A stretch of DNA of 57,114 bases, filler included, from Sluysia triapertura (lineage: Eukaryota): the NCBI GenBank assembly GCA_046118255.1. It is 4 parts of 4 records of this genome, joined end to end, with 100 filler letters (N's around TTAATTAATTAA, not from the genome) between each part and the next. Parts side by side here need not be neighbours in the genome. Positions count along the whole stretch, not along the records: positions 13,281 to 24,638 come from JBJNIA010185601.1; positions 24,739 to 41,888 come from JBJNIA010191829.1; 2 more parts are not named here. One strand, written 5' to 3'. A model generated the notes under the pieces. The model worked only from the letters and a program-made list of their open reading frames with translations, had not been told where the DNA came from and did not search any database. Within the stretch, counting starts at the first letter, position 1. Each line of letters starts with the position of its first letter. The position numbers and the translations under genes are program-made. Shown in pieces: positions 13,281 through 26,691 of the stretch.

Positions 13281-13779
13281 CTCTTTTAATAATTTTTTAA
13301 ATATAATAATAATAAAATTTATTTAAATTAATTAATTAATTAATTTTTTACATTTATCTAAATTTAATAAATTTTTATAATTTAAATTATTTTTTTAAAA
13401 AATATAAATTTTATATACACTCTTACAAATGGTATTATGATGTTATTATAAGTTATTTTATGACAATCATGGTAATCATATTATATGATAATAATTATTA
13501 CATATTTAATAAGATTGGATTTATAATAACAATAACTATAGTTCATGATAATTATGTACAATGATTAGGTTTGTTTTTTGAATGAGTCAAGGGACAAAAC
13601 ACAAATTATTCATTTGGTTTGCACTCCTTATTCTAAGCAATTTCAGACGGAGGTTCGCATACTCCCTAGAATAAGAATTCGCAATTTCTTGCGAGATATG
13701 TACAGTTTGTCAGAGGACAACCTACTGAATTCAAAAAGCATTGAGGAACTTCGCTAATACTTTCCGGAATTCCTTCATA

Positions 13780-14130
13780 TATGTTTTGAGTGACTAAAGC
13801 ACTCATAAATCTCAGCAACCATAATCTGCTTTCATTACCTTATACGGATATTTTATCTAGGTCGAGTCAGACCCTAAAACTTCTATATCCGGCTCGACCA
13901 CGTTTTGATTGTGTCCGGTTAGCATCCGAGTTAGTTACACTATTTGACTTTTTGCGAAATAAGGATACTAATTATATATTACCTTATTTTCTTCTCCTTC
14001 ACTTTTTGATACAACATCCACGATGCTGTCACATTCACCGATCGTTGTCCGGCCTGTTACTACACAGCCTAGTTATCGAAATGGAAAATTGTGGATCGAC
14101 CTTCCAGTAGATGCCTGCAGCTGCCCAGAT
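13780..14130 (+). mobile_element. Decayed LINE (CR1/L2-like) ORF2 3' end
   Basis: TKAL...LPYTDIL..LKL...RLASELVTLFDFL and, in another frame, SYRNGKLWIDLP resemble the C-terminal RRxxxDLxxxFK and FSxRxxxxWNxLP motifs. Confidence 0.45.
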
Positions 14131-17100
14131 CATCACCGGTTACCATAAATTCAGATGATGCACTGACTTCTCATACATTAATTTTAATGATATATTGCAT
14201 TAAGTATTTTTATGTCCCCAATCTCTATGCGTTATGCATTATGATTTTTACACTGCTTATTTTATTATCGTTCTTTATTCTTAACATTTTGTGTTTTCGC
14301 CTTAAATTTATGCTTATATTCCGTGATTTGTAGGAACAAATTTTCCTGTGCGGGAAAATATTTGTAAAGGTTCAAGATGTTATTGGTATTCGACTCAAAA
14401 ATATCTTAAATTAAAAATAATTTAATAATAATAATTATTATTATTAAACAACCGAACTGAGAATACCTAAATAAACAAAAATCAATTAGGAAAATAAATA
14501 AATAACGTATTGGACATTATTCTGAAATTCGAATTAACTAAATAAATAAATCATAATTTAGAATTTTTATCGTGCACATACGGAATAAACAAAAGGTTGT
14601 GGCAAAATTATAATTTACAAAAGTAATTGTTCAGTCCTTCGTGATCGTCACTTTACAAACAAACGGTTCTTTAACTATTTTTATAATTTGGTTTTTTGAT
14701 AAACGATCCTGTTATAATTGGAAAAACAATTCACAAAAAATGATTCGGTAACAAATTCGGATTAATTATATAAAAATATATTCTGTGCTTTATGATAAGC
14801 GAATTTTTTGGTGAACGATTATATTTGGAGAAATTGCTATCTTACAATATTTAATCCTATAAATTGTTAATCGATTTAGTCTGTGTCCATATCTATTCCA
14901 TTTTGGAGAGCTTATACTTCTTTATATTACTCGAAATTTAACAGTAATTAATTTGAACGAAATTTTATTTTTAACTTTAGCATTTAAAAAAAATTAAATA
15001 AATTCAATAAAAACTTTTAGCTTATAGCCAATAACAACTATTAAAATTTTTATTATTAACAAAATAACCAAATTAACCAGGTAAATTTTATTAAACAAAT
15101 AGAATAAAATTATAAAATATAAACACACGTATATATAAACACCATTGTTGATACAGTTGTGTTCAAACACTGAACAGGAAATCATAGAGGTATTCAGAAA
15201 TTTTGGAATTAGTTCCACATAAAATGTATATTATGACTGCAGTTTGTACTATAAAAACGGCAATAGTGATAAACATTAGTATGAAGTTAGATTTTGGTAG
15301 ATTAGGTATTTCGACATCGATGATACGTAAATTTTGAAATATTCTATGTAAAATTCTTAAATCATCACTGTTGTTTAACTTTAGATGAAACATATTATCA
15401 TGATTTTCATGATATAAATACGATCTGTTAATTTTCATAGTGGATGGTACACCAACTAATAACAATAGCAGAAATTGTAAAATACCATTAAATAATATAA
15501 AAGTAGTCTCGTAGATAAACTGTCAAAATTTTATGTTATTGATTTTTTTGGTCGTCTTGTATTAATTATTATTTTTTAACATTAACTTCAAAACCAAATA
15601 TATGATTTATAATATTTAAAATAATTAACAATCCATAGAATACTATCTTATTAATAATAACTATGAATAAAATATAAAAATAATTTTATAAATGCATAAA
15701 TTACTTACTTAAAATATTAAGCAGCATAAATTATGTAAAGAAAAAGTTCAATAAAAAGCGTAATAAAAGTTCAAAAATAAAATTGAAAAATACGTAAATA
15801 TTATTGCATCGATAAAGTTATTGTACAACAGGCAGTAAAAAAAGAAAAATATTAAATTAATCAAATTAACTTCATGTCTTTAAAAACGAGTAATATTTTT
15901 ATTTTTATAAATACATCACCAAGTTAAGGTATTGTTATGACGGGACATATTGTACACATAATTTGATAGTAGTAAGAAAAAAATTAAGATGTGGATAAGA
16001 ATAAACACATAACAATAGAAGTAACTATAAGAATGAGAAACAAAAAAATATGATAACACTAATATAATAAAAATAAAAAAACAGGAAGGCATCAAAACGA
16101 TGAGAATATTGTTGACATTTTATTAACAATATTAAATTTTATATATTGCGTGAAAATGTTAACAAGTATTGTCATAATAATTATTATTGAAGTAAAATAT
16201 GTCGAGTTATTGGGATAATGTAAAAATATTATGAGGATAATTATTGTGATAGAAATCGTGATAACAATAACTGTAAATTTATGGTATTTAAAAATTATGA
16301 CTGTCTATATTTTGAATGTATCAAGTAACTTATTTATCATTTTATTTATGTATTAAGTGTTGATTTGTGATGAAATGTGTTTTTGATTATGATTTGTAGA
16401 ATTAGAGTTCACTACATGCATCATAAGTGAAATTTTTTAAGTTTTAATGTAAGTGTTGTCTTAGTTTATTAAGAGATAATATTTTGACGAAAACTATTAA
16501 TTAAAATTTCTAATTTTTGTTAGAGACAATTTCAATTACAAAAGTTAAAAGAAATTAGAAATCTTCTTTCTAGTAATAATTTTTATTTTCAGTTATTGAT
16601 GTAATTACAACTATTATTTTAACATTTTTTTATATAATATACCTTCACGACTTCGAAATCATTTTATTATTTTAATTAAGAATTGAAGAGAACTTAAGGA
16701 ACCATTAAATACAAATGTAATAAAAAAATAAAGAAATAAACGATACACTATCGAATCAAGAAAAGTAATTAAATATTCATAATCTCGGGATAAAAGTTAT
16801 AAAATTTAATCAGATTCTAAAGAGAATTCTTAAAGGTTTATTAATTATTTAAAATTAAAGTCTGTCAATCATTTGAAGTTGTTGTTATAATCGAGTTATT
16901 TAAAAAGAAATAAGGTACTATAATAGTTAATTCAAAATCGTAATTACTATATAACACCCTTAAAGAATAAAAAATTTAAATTTATATAAAAAGAAATTAA
17001 AATTAAGTTCTGTGGAAGTTTATCGACTTTCATTAAAATAATTATTAAAATCCTACAGGAATGACGCGCTAAGCATAAACCGTTAACTGTAGGCGAACCT

Positions 17101-17303
17101 TATCAATACAATTTAATTTGTTAGCGAATTGGGACCAACAATATCAAGCACCGCATATATTATTATAAGTTATTAAGTTTTAAGTAAGTGTTTATGTCCC
17201 TTAAGTTTAGATTAAGTAAGTTAAGGATAGATAACAAAGAAAATAGAAGCGGTCTTATAATACATTACTCATTAGTAAATATTAAAAATAAGAAAACAAA
17301 AAA

Positions 17304-18009
17304 ATGGCATAACTAGTTGAAGACTTTAAAACGTGACACATTAATCCATAGCCTTAAACTACCGTACTCCTTCCTGAAATACGTAAATTCAATAGAGCTG
17401 AAGAATTATGTGACTTTTTATTTGAATATGACAGCGTTGCTGAAGCCAACGGCTGGTCAGAAGTTGAAAAAATCAAAAGAATTCAAAACTATTTGACAGG
17501 CGTTGCCATACAAACATAAAGGATAGATCCCACAAAAACTAATCGGAATACTTTCTTTAATGCCTTCACTGAAGAAATTGCATTGGATGACCTGGAAAAA
17601 TATTACACAAAGATGTTAAATATAAGGAAACAGAAACCTCTGAAACTCTATATGAATTCGCTTGTACACTTATAAGTTTAGTGGCAAATGAAAAATTCAA
17701 AACAAAACGAAGCAACTTTAATATACGAATTTAAAGTTTACTACGTCCAGAATTAAGAATGTGTAAGTTTAATAGACAACCAATCTTTTAATAACATTTA
17801 AAAAATTAAGGGGTATAGAATAGTTGAGCATTGAAGAGAAAAATAATGTAATTTATATAAGTAGTAATTTTAGTAGAAACATAGATAACTTAAGAGAGGA
17901 ATCGTATAGAAATATAAGTCCCTCGAATAATAGTAATTTTCAAAGAAAATATTATCCTTCAAATAATACTAATAATTTTCGAGGAAATAACTACAAAAGA
18001 AATGGTTAG
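17304..18009 (+). mobile_element. Ty3/gypsy gag (capsid) pseudogene
   Basis: In frame from ATG 17304 with stops: LPEIRKFNRAEELCDFLFEYDSVAEANGWSEVEKIKRIQNYLTGVA...RKQKP/ETLYEF, then an N-rich tail; no pol follows. Confidence 0.8.
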
Positions 18010-18639
18010 TTTTGTTTTTTAAAATTATTTAATTAGATAAATTCAATTATTTACAAATCTAATTTACTTTATTATTATTATTTTTATAAAAATATATCAA
18101 GTTGCAGTGAGAAATAGCAGGTTATTCCAATTATTATTAATTTTCAATTATTTCGATTATATTTTTATTTTCAGATACTCACAAAGGATTCGAAAATTTA
18201 TTAATAATGAAACGACTAAATAATTCACTTATATGAATTCTATTCTATATTGAAAATCACAATAATGAATTGATCAAGAGTAATTCTTCAAATAACCTTA
18301 TAAAACCTCGCCTTAAAGAATTACACTTATCAACAAAAAACAGAGTAAAATTGAAAATCATAACAATAATGTACAAATTCTTAAATTATCTAAATCGGAA
18401 ACAGCTCCTGAAAATAATTTAAAAATAAAAAATTACACAATAATTTCAACTACATCAATTGGTTACCAAAAGTTTTAAAATGTTTTTAATCCACAGAAAG
18501 ATTACCGTAGAGTGCTGAACAGTACACCAGAAGTATATTTTATAGACATTCATTTTTATTGCCGCTGAAAAATGCTATATTGGAAAGGGAAAAAATTAAA
18601 TATTTTGATAATTTTACTAAGTTTTAATTTCTAAAATGT

Positions 18640-19609
18640 TAATTCACTTATTTCGGATTGTTTGGATCCGAGTTCTTTAGATTATTAACATTTAGTGACA
18701 CACAACATGTTTTGTTATATTCATTTTGGTTATGTCGTCATATCCAATGGTACTATTAACAACCACCGTCGAACTGTTACTATCACCACCACTTAAACTT
18801 CGTACTGTTTCAACTATCTTACCTGCTGCATTCCGAGTCTGTTCTTTCGACAATGGTAATGTGGCAGACATTGAACTATTATTATTTTTATTATTAACTT
18901 TTTTTTGATTGACTTGAACTACTTAAGCTTTTAATTATCTGACCCTTTGTTGCAGTTGTCTTGAAGTAGTTAAATTCTTCTCATGTTTTAATTGACGAAA
19001 TCATGAAATCTATCCAAATTGTTTCGAGACACCATTTTAAAATTAACATTCTAATCATGTACATAATAATCATTCTACATAAATTATTAATTATCCGAAT
19101 TTTTCTTTTTGGAAGGTCAAATCAAGTGTCAGAAGTGGTGATGACATTCGAGGACAAAATGGATTATTTACAAGGGCACCATTATACATGAGCTAGATCA
19201 CGCATAAACCATCTCTTAGTAATAGACAGCTTTTGTTGTTCTGAAGAATTAGACAAAAGAATTCTGATTTCTTGGAAATGAATTTGATAGTCTTTGTTTT
19301 GAAAAATCCTGTTTCAAAATAATCATACCTACTCGGGATATACCTATTTAATTCATCATATAACTTCATCCGCAACTCTAACGATTTCAAGGAAATCAAA
19401 CAAAAGTCATTTTTACTAAATAAAACATTAATTTTCTCATCACTTGTAGAATCACAACCAAATAACTGATATGATAAAATAGTCTTTCTGGTTTCTGGTT
19501 CCAATATATATACAGAAATACATGATTTAATTCTTCTTTTACTTTCATATTTAAAAATTACATTTTGCCGTTTCTTTTTATGAAAATATTCAACATCATA
19601 TGTTTGCAT
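18640..19609 (-). pseudogene. Intronless ORF (138 aa open, then decayed), family unrecognised
   Basis: ORF 19193-19609 with coding-like continuation past the TAG, through frameshifts, to about 18640. Confidence 0.4.
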
Positions 19610-19735
19610 TATTTACTAAAATAATATTAAGTATTCTTCTTACAAAGTTATCAACGAAATTTTTAACTCTACTATTTTTAATTTTAGGATAAACTATTTT
19701 TAGCTATACACTTAGTTTTTTAAGAACGTAGTTGG

Positions 19736-19855
19736 TCATCCAATCAGAGTTTCCAAATATATAATTCAATAAAATTAGTCCTGATTGGATGATAGTTGTA
19801 AAGTATGATTATACACACAAAAATAATAATCACCGATGATTGGCCATCATCAGTG
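19736..19855. promoter_or_regulatory. Inverted CCAAT boxes around TATATAA, plus a CCAAT-containing hairpin
   Basis: TCATCCAATCAG (19736-19747) and CTGATTGGATGA (19781-19792) form a perfect 12-bp inverted repeat; CACCGATGATTGGCCATCATCAGTG at 19831-19855; 130-250 nt upstream of ATG 19609. Confidence 0.45.
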
Positions 19856-21961
19856 TTGACACGATAATGAAGATTCGAAAATTGATAAATTTAATAGTTA
19901 TACGAATTAATTTTTATATTTGAGCTGATGAATAATTAAGTTTAATTGTGTTTTATATATACTAGTCATTAACCAATGAAATGGAATTTCTCGGATTTCT
20001 GTTTTTAGAAAATTATTTTCTTTTATGAAATTTGATGATTGAGAGGGTTGTGATGTTACTTGTTAATTATTTTAGCAAATACCCTTCCATTAGAGATAAC
20101 AGAACTCCGATTCAGCATTTATCGAATGATAATAACATCGAGATTTAGTTTCATTAGCATACTCACTTACATAATTATATTTATTATTGTTTTTACTATT
20201 AATATTGCTAGTCTGATTTCATTATTGTTATAAAGGAGAAATTCTCGTTTATTTTTTGAAATTTTACATTTGTAACTTATCAAAATGTTTGAAGGTGCTG
20301 CTTTGCCACAGTAAGTAACTTACTACACCATGTAGTAGACATCTATTAGGACTTCATTGTCATTTTATAAATATTTTAAAAGTTTGATGATATCGCTATA
20401 TTAATTAAATACAAAAAATACAAAACCCAAAGATTAAAAGAAGTGCTAACTTCAAATTTATTTTAAATAATTTAAATTTTTTAAATATTTTTATGGATTT
20501 TTAGCCTTGATTTGAAAAATGATAAATTATGACGTTTTTGTGGATTATACTGATAAATTTGCAAAATTGTGGAACACAATCGATATTGAATTATTAAATT
20601 GAGCATATTAAAATTGATTTTATCGATTTTTCAATTAATTCAGTCTTTTATTTGACACCATGTGGTATCGCACCTTCTTTTTATTATTACAATATAAGCA
20701 ATTTTATAGAAATGTAATATCTCAATAAGTATCAGATGCTACATTGATTCAAAAATGTTAATGGACAAAGAAATTATTACTTGTAATGTCAAAAAGTAGA
20801 GCGAATAACGAAATATCGTTCATTCATTAATAACTAACACTACCTCGTTCAAAAATGATTGTCTCGTTAGTTTTTTATATACATTATGTATATTAACATC
20901 AATTTCTCTCTAGACAACTTTGTTTATTTATGAAACTATGTTTCAATGTGTAATTAGGCCAACTCCAGGCGCTCTTTTGTGTTTTGCGGTGTTTCTGTAT
21001 CCCTTGATTACCTTTTCATTTGTTAAATTACACAGTGTACCCAAGGAAATTGTGGGCCTTTTTACTTATTGTCCTCGTGTCGCATTTTGCTAGTGCGACC
21101 AGAATTTCCTGTAATTCCGGAACTAGCATTAGCAAATTTCATGCCCTGGAGTGTAAATTGGTCGACTCGCCCAAATTCTCCAGCAACATCTTTAATTGTT
21201 CTTTTTGGCAATTTCTTATTGTTAAATCGTCACTTTACTCCAGAACGTGTTTGATTTCCATGATTAAAGTTATTTGGGTACACGGCCAAAAACTACATAT
21301 TTCAGAAATTGCAAATTATTTATAAAATTATTATTATAATTACTGAACAATTACTTCCCAAAATTATTCTATTATTTTATGATTCTTTATTGTTCATGCT
21401 TGTCATGCAATGTCATTTTGAACAGAGGTACTAATAAAGATCATACATGGTGCTAAATTATATACAGAACAAGTTCGATTATCGAATAGTTATTCATTTA
21501 ACATGAAGATTTTATATAATCACACTGGTTACGAATGATCTATTTCATTTGAACACGGATCTGTTCCTTGAAATAACCAAACATTCAGATAAATCATATG
21601 ACCTTGAATAGAAAATAAATTACAAATTTAATTATTCGAATCATTAATTAAATTGTTAAATTAATTATTTGAATTAAACAATTTCAATGAAAGCTCGTGT
21701 CACATTAAAATTATTTTGTATTACAAATGAACTTTGAACAATGTTAAGAAATTTATTATTTAAAATTAAAATCCATTTCTATGATTGATTGATATTTTAA
21801 ATAATAATTTCAAATTCGAATTTTAAATGTCAAATAATAATAGTCATTCTGACATACACACACGCGCACACACAAAATTTGAAAATTATATTCGAAATGA
21901 CCGCTAAAAATAAACAATTGACATTTGTAATATATTTATACCTAATACAATTTAAAATAGT

Positions 21962-22215
21962 ATGTTAAATTATTATTCAAAATTAAATAAGAACATCGAT
22001 AATGAAAAAACTCAATTATTATCAAATTATTCGGAACGCAATTTGAAAAAGTTTGTTTATTGATAAATGAAATTAATTAAATATTAAATTTTCTATTTTT
22101 AGATCGAAACCGAAATTTATTTGGATTTTAACAATTTTATTTGTATTGATTGTTGCAGCATTAATTGTGGCAGTGATTGTTCTGGCAATAAAATATGCGA
22201 ATTTAGAAAAAAAAG
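21962..22215 (+). CDS. First two exons of a type II membrane protein (21962-22050, 22103-22215)
   Basis: 52-nt GT-AG intron keeps the frame: MLNYYSKLNKNIDNEKTQLLSNYSERNLKKSKPKFIWILTILFVLIVAALIVAVIVLAIKYANLEKK, then a G|GTATGT donor; EKTQLL acidic dileucine and one signal-anchor. Confidence 0.7.
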
Positions 22216-23264
22216 GTATGTTTTATTGACAAATTCAAGTTTCGAATTTTAAGTAATTAAAAATTTACATTTAATTTTTGTTTATAATTATAATTGATGA
22301 AAATTAGAGAATTTTTGTATCGATTTTGACATTATAATGTTACATTTCGATGAAAGTTTTAATTAATATTTATTAATTTTGTTTTCGAGTATTAATATTG
22401 TTTTTACTTAATGTGACAATGATGAAAAGTAGTCTTTCTAAGATTAACTATTACAGTAATTACATTTATATCAATGTGGAAAGAAAATAATAAAGAAATA
22501 TTGATCCAATTGATTTTTAGTTGATTTAGAAGGTTGGATCTTTTTCAAGAAAACTTCCAAAATTAATATTCATTATTCAATTAACTTATTGTTCTTGGAT
22601 ACGAAGTACTTGAAGTTATTTTTAAACACTTAAAAATTGATAAATCAAATAAAAACCCAATAAATTGAGTACCAACCAATGAAAATAAGAAGAATGGGAA
22701 TAAAGTTCAAAATAATGATAAATTGTTTAATTATTTGTAAAATGTATTTTAATTCAAAATGCATTTTATAGATGTATCTTTGTTACTCTAGTATAATACT
22801 AAATATAATATGATACTCTGTATTTGTAATTAAATATGTTTTCGAAAGTAATCATTGTTGTTACATAAATAATTCATTGTAGCGCATGCGAATGTGTGTG
22901 GTGTCAGTTTGTCCAATAAAACATCGGAAAATATTTACACACACAGTGCTATTGCGGTCGATGCAGTTCCTTGTCATACAATAATTAGGTACGATTTTAT
23001 AATTATATGAATGTTACGAATAATTTATATTTATAGTGATGTTATGAATGTTAAAGGTGGAAATGTGGTTGACGGTGTAGTAGCGGGTATCATATGCAGT
23101 TGTAGTGTTAATATTCACAGTTGCAGCATCGGTTCAGGATCATTTATCACAATTTACTCGAAGTATTTTTTTACTTTTACTTTCTATTTCCATAAATAAA
23201 ATATAATGTTTGAAATCTTTCTACTAAAATCACAAAATACTTGTTTTCTCTTCCATTTAAATTG

Positions 23265-23373
23265 AAAAATTTCAAACCAATCAAATTTGAATTGAGAAAT
23301 TTTAAGCCAATCAAATTTGAATTTAGAAATTTTAAGCCAATCAAATTTGAATTTAGAAATTTTATACCAATCA
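23265..23373. repeat. 30-bp tandem repeat (about 3.5 copies)
   Basis: CCAATCAAATTTGAATTTAGAAATTTTAAG units; these produce the spurious (LIGLKFLNSN)n ORF. Confidence 0.9.
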
Positions 23374-23416
23374 ATATAATTAATTTAAAATTAATTTTAT
23401 TAATAATGGAGAAAAT

Positions 23417-24033
23417 TTAACCCATTCGCTGCCAATCCTAATTGTGTGAAGTGATTCTCTTTGCCATTTATTATTTATCTAAGATTTATTATGTCAAGAT
23501 AAATACACACATTTTGTCATAAATAATAATCATTTACATGTATAAAAATCAAACATGAGTAGATTCATGCGGTTGGCAATGGGAATGAATGCAATAGGAC
23601 TCGATATCCCTTTTCTTATTTGCACACAGGTTTGCGCCAAAAAAATAATGAATCACACAAATAAATGTAAGTATAAAAATACTAAAAAACGGGACACAAT
23701 TTTCTGTAGATTTGCAAAGGCTGCTTATTCACTGCTGACGATTCCTTAGATTCTATTTCGTGTCAGCGATAACGGATCATGTAATATTGAACTATTTGAC
23801 TGAGTTTATCTGTCTCATCAGTAAGAGTAGTGTAGTTTTGTAGAGTCAGAAGTAGTACCTATCAATAAATTATTAGTTGGGAAATAAAGTAGAATATTTG
23901 TAAAAACAATTTATTTGTAGCTTTTTTTCAAGTTTTTGCACTTCTATATTTATGTTTGTGGCCATAAAAGGTTTGCAAGCTCTCCACAAGTCGTACGTTA
24001 TAATATATTCGCGGTTGGTAGCGATTGGGTTAA
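23417..24033. mobile_element. piggyBac-like internally deleted element
   Basis: TTAA|CCCATTCGCTGCCAA ... TTGGTAGCGATTGGG|TTAA (13/15 inverted match); internal Cys-rich remnant. Confidence 0.75.
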
Positions 24034-24561
24034 ATAAGATGGCTCAATGAGATTCTCATATTGTACGATCAGATTAAAATGACGTATTATTGGTTTTGAG
24101 TTTGCAACACAATATGGGTCTAGAATAGTTCCTCGCATATATTCTGGAGGGTTAAATATTGATATTTTTTATTTTATTATCTTCACACCCTTGTGTATTC
24201 CTATGATTTGTAAATTTATACTATGTATCAAATATTAACTTTCCTCGTACAGCAATTTACATTTTATTTTTGAAATGCGTATTTTAATGACTAGTAGAAA
24301 CCATTGTTCGTTCCCAGAGGGAATCACAACAGCGAGAAACTGATCCAGTTTATAAATTATACTGAATCTTGTTCGTTATTTACTTTTCGTAAAAGCCAAT
24401 ACAATAATTAATGTTCCTGTAGAAAATTTTCAAAATTTCTTCAACGCAGAAAATCCAGATCTGTGTTTTAACAACTGTTCATTATTTTGTGCCGCCTTTT
24501 TATTGTTTTTATTGTAAGTCACGCATTATTTAAAATTGTTTAATTTTTTAATATGTAGACG

Positions 24562-24607
<46 letters not shown>

Positions 24608-24638
24608 TAATAATAATAATAATGATAATAATAATAAT
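24562..24638. repeat. (AAT)n microsatellite at contig end
   Basis: AAT/GAT run abutting the spacer. Confidence 0.95.
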
Positions 24639-24738
24639 NNNNNNNNNNNNNNNNNNNNNNNNNNNNNNNNNNNNNNNNNNNNTTAATTAATTAANNNNNN
24701 NNNNNNNNNNNNNNNNNNNNNNNNNNNNNNNNNNNNNN
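24639..24738. other. Artificial scaffold spacer N44-TTAATTAATTAA-N44
   Basis: Same structure as 13181-13280. Confidence 0.95.
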
Positions 24739-25679
24739 AAATCCAACGGTTGGCCATTAAGTTAGTAAGTCCAATACGTTGGTGGACTCACCTATTATCT
24801 TTTTAAGTTTTATTCACTTTTCTCGCATTAAAATCACATTATAAATGGCGTATTTGACAAGATCTAATGTAAATAATACTTTGTCTAAATTGTATTCTAT
24901 TATCATCATGGTAATGAAAAATATTGTAATGAACTATTTCTAAAAAAACTACAAAAATAATTTACACTCTTAATAATCGAATAATGTTATAAAGAGTGAG
25001 TAACAAATGATGCATGCATTTTCTCATCATGTAAAATAAAACTATTATCATTGACAAATAACGAATTCCAAAATATAGAACTCGTAATCTTCGACTATGT
25101 GACAGATTTTATATTTGTATCTGGGCTTTAAATATGTCACCCAATCAATATTGGACAATTCCAAATCAAGTCTGTAATAAATATAAAAGGAATAGTGAAA
25201 AAGAATAAACACGCATCCAGAAAAGAAAAATAAGAAAGGTAATTGACAATAACAAAAGTTATAATAACAATAAAAAAATGAAAATTCAATTGAGTTATTA
25301 AAATTAATTGAAATTAAAATTGTTACTACTTAGTTTAATGTAACAATGTCGATGTAGTTACGATAGTAAGAGGTTATTATTATAGAGGTTATGATAACAA
25401 TAACTATATACTTGTTTTTTAAATGACTCAAGTAATTTATTTAGTGTTTTATTTATGTAAGAAATGTTCATATGTGATGAAACGTGTTTGCAATTTTGAT
25501 GTGAATCCAATGACATTACGAAAAACGACGATATGGTCACTTTTGAATGATTTATATTTATTGTTGTTTAAACATAAAACGTGTTATTCATTAGTAAACA
25601 TAGATCAGTTTTCGTGTTTTTATATATTTAGAAATTTCATAATTCTCTACTTTGTAACTTTGTTTTTCGATAGATGAAA

Positions 25680-25764
25680 AAAAGACGCCCACCAAAAAAA
25701 CCTAATGTCATATTTGGAGTGAAAATTAATATAAGCCCGGTTTTATTTTCGGGGAAACATGGTA
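25680..25764. mobile_element. Single pogo/Tc2-like terminus
   Basis: Reverse complement TACCATGTTTCCCCGAAAATAAAACC resembles the TACCGTGTTTCCCCGAAAATAAGAC TIR type; partner end not seen. Confidence 0.5.
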
Positions 25765-26691
25765 TAATTAATAGGATAATATACTAACACAATTCGCTGA
25801 AATAAACAAACCCAAATGCATATTTTTAATTTGATATCAAAATAAAAATTCATCTACATTAATACAAAAACTCACCGGTTATGTCAAAATTAAATGAAGT
25901 AGAACTCGTACATCACCCATAATTACAATTTTGATCAGCCCATTCTAGTTTGTTATACGTACTTCATTAATCATTTCAATTAAAAAGACGAAAGCTAAGC
26001 GAAGTAATTACTGGTTCCTAATATTTTCGAAATGATTATTTAAAACAAATTACAATAAAATTGCATGTAATTCTCTAAGAACTAGTCTTTCATAAGTAGT
26101 AACTTAAAACTTCTAAAATTGATATTTAAGTTGAAATTAGATCGACTACAGGACTGTCAAAATATACCTATTCGCTATGCGAAATTTCAATAACTGCTAT
26201 TACATATAACTATTTGTAGCTAATTTTAATACACACTGATTACTACACTAAAAATAAAATTTGTTCTTGTAGTGATAACATTCCAATTAGTTTTTTAAAT
26301 TTAAAGATTGACTGTTAAATTATATTAGAATATAACAGAAACAACCCAGCTATTTACGAAAAACTGTAATATGAGCTCTAATTTAAATGTTAACATCTTG
26401 ATATTTTATTTTTGATATATGCCAAATTGGAAATACTTATTTGACCGACTTACGAAAAGACTAAATAAGATAATAATTTAATTTGACATGAAATTATAAC
26501 ATACTTAGAATTTGTACTTATAATTTAATAATATTGATGCATGAATTTTTTATTAGGAGTTAAGCATTTATTCCAAGATTCTGTAATGTGATGTTTTTAT
26601 TTCTAAACAAGCAAAAGTATTATAAGTATAAAATAGAAATTATAAGATAGATAGGAATTGAAAACAAATTTATATATTTACATAAGAACAT

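Noticed and set aside
19126-19143. GTGTCAGAAGTGG as a tRNA-Leu primer binding site
   Set aside because: It lacks the TG-G start and an adjacent LTR end, and lies inside an antisense ORF; likely chance.
20940-21325. GC-richer island with ORFs on both strands
   Set aside because: Stops in the likely frames and no motif I can assign; probably TE debris.
23177-23374. Repetitive protein (LIGLKFLNSN)n
   Set aside because: By-product of a 30-bp tandem repeat.
23780-23830. Hammerhead ribozyme (minus strand CTGATGA-GAC...GTC-AAA); similar partial cores near 11893 and 27850
   Set aside because: The GAAA core is incomplete and stems I and III cannot be built.
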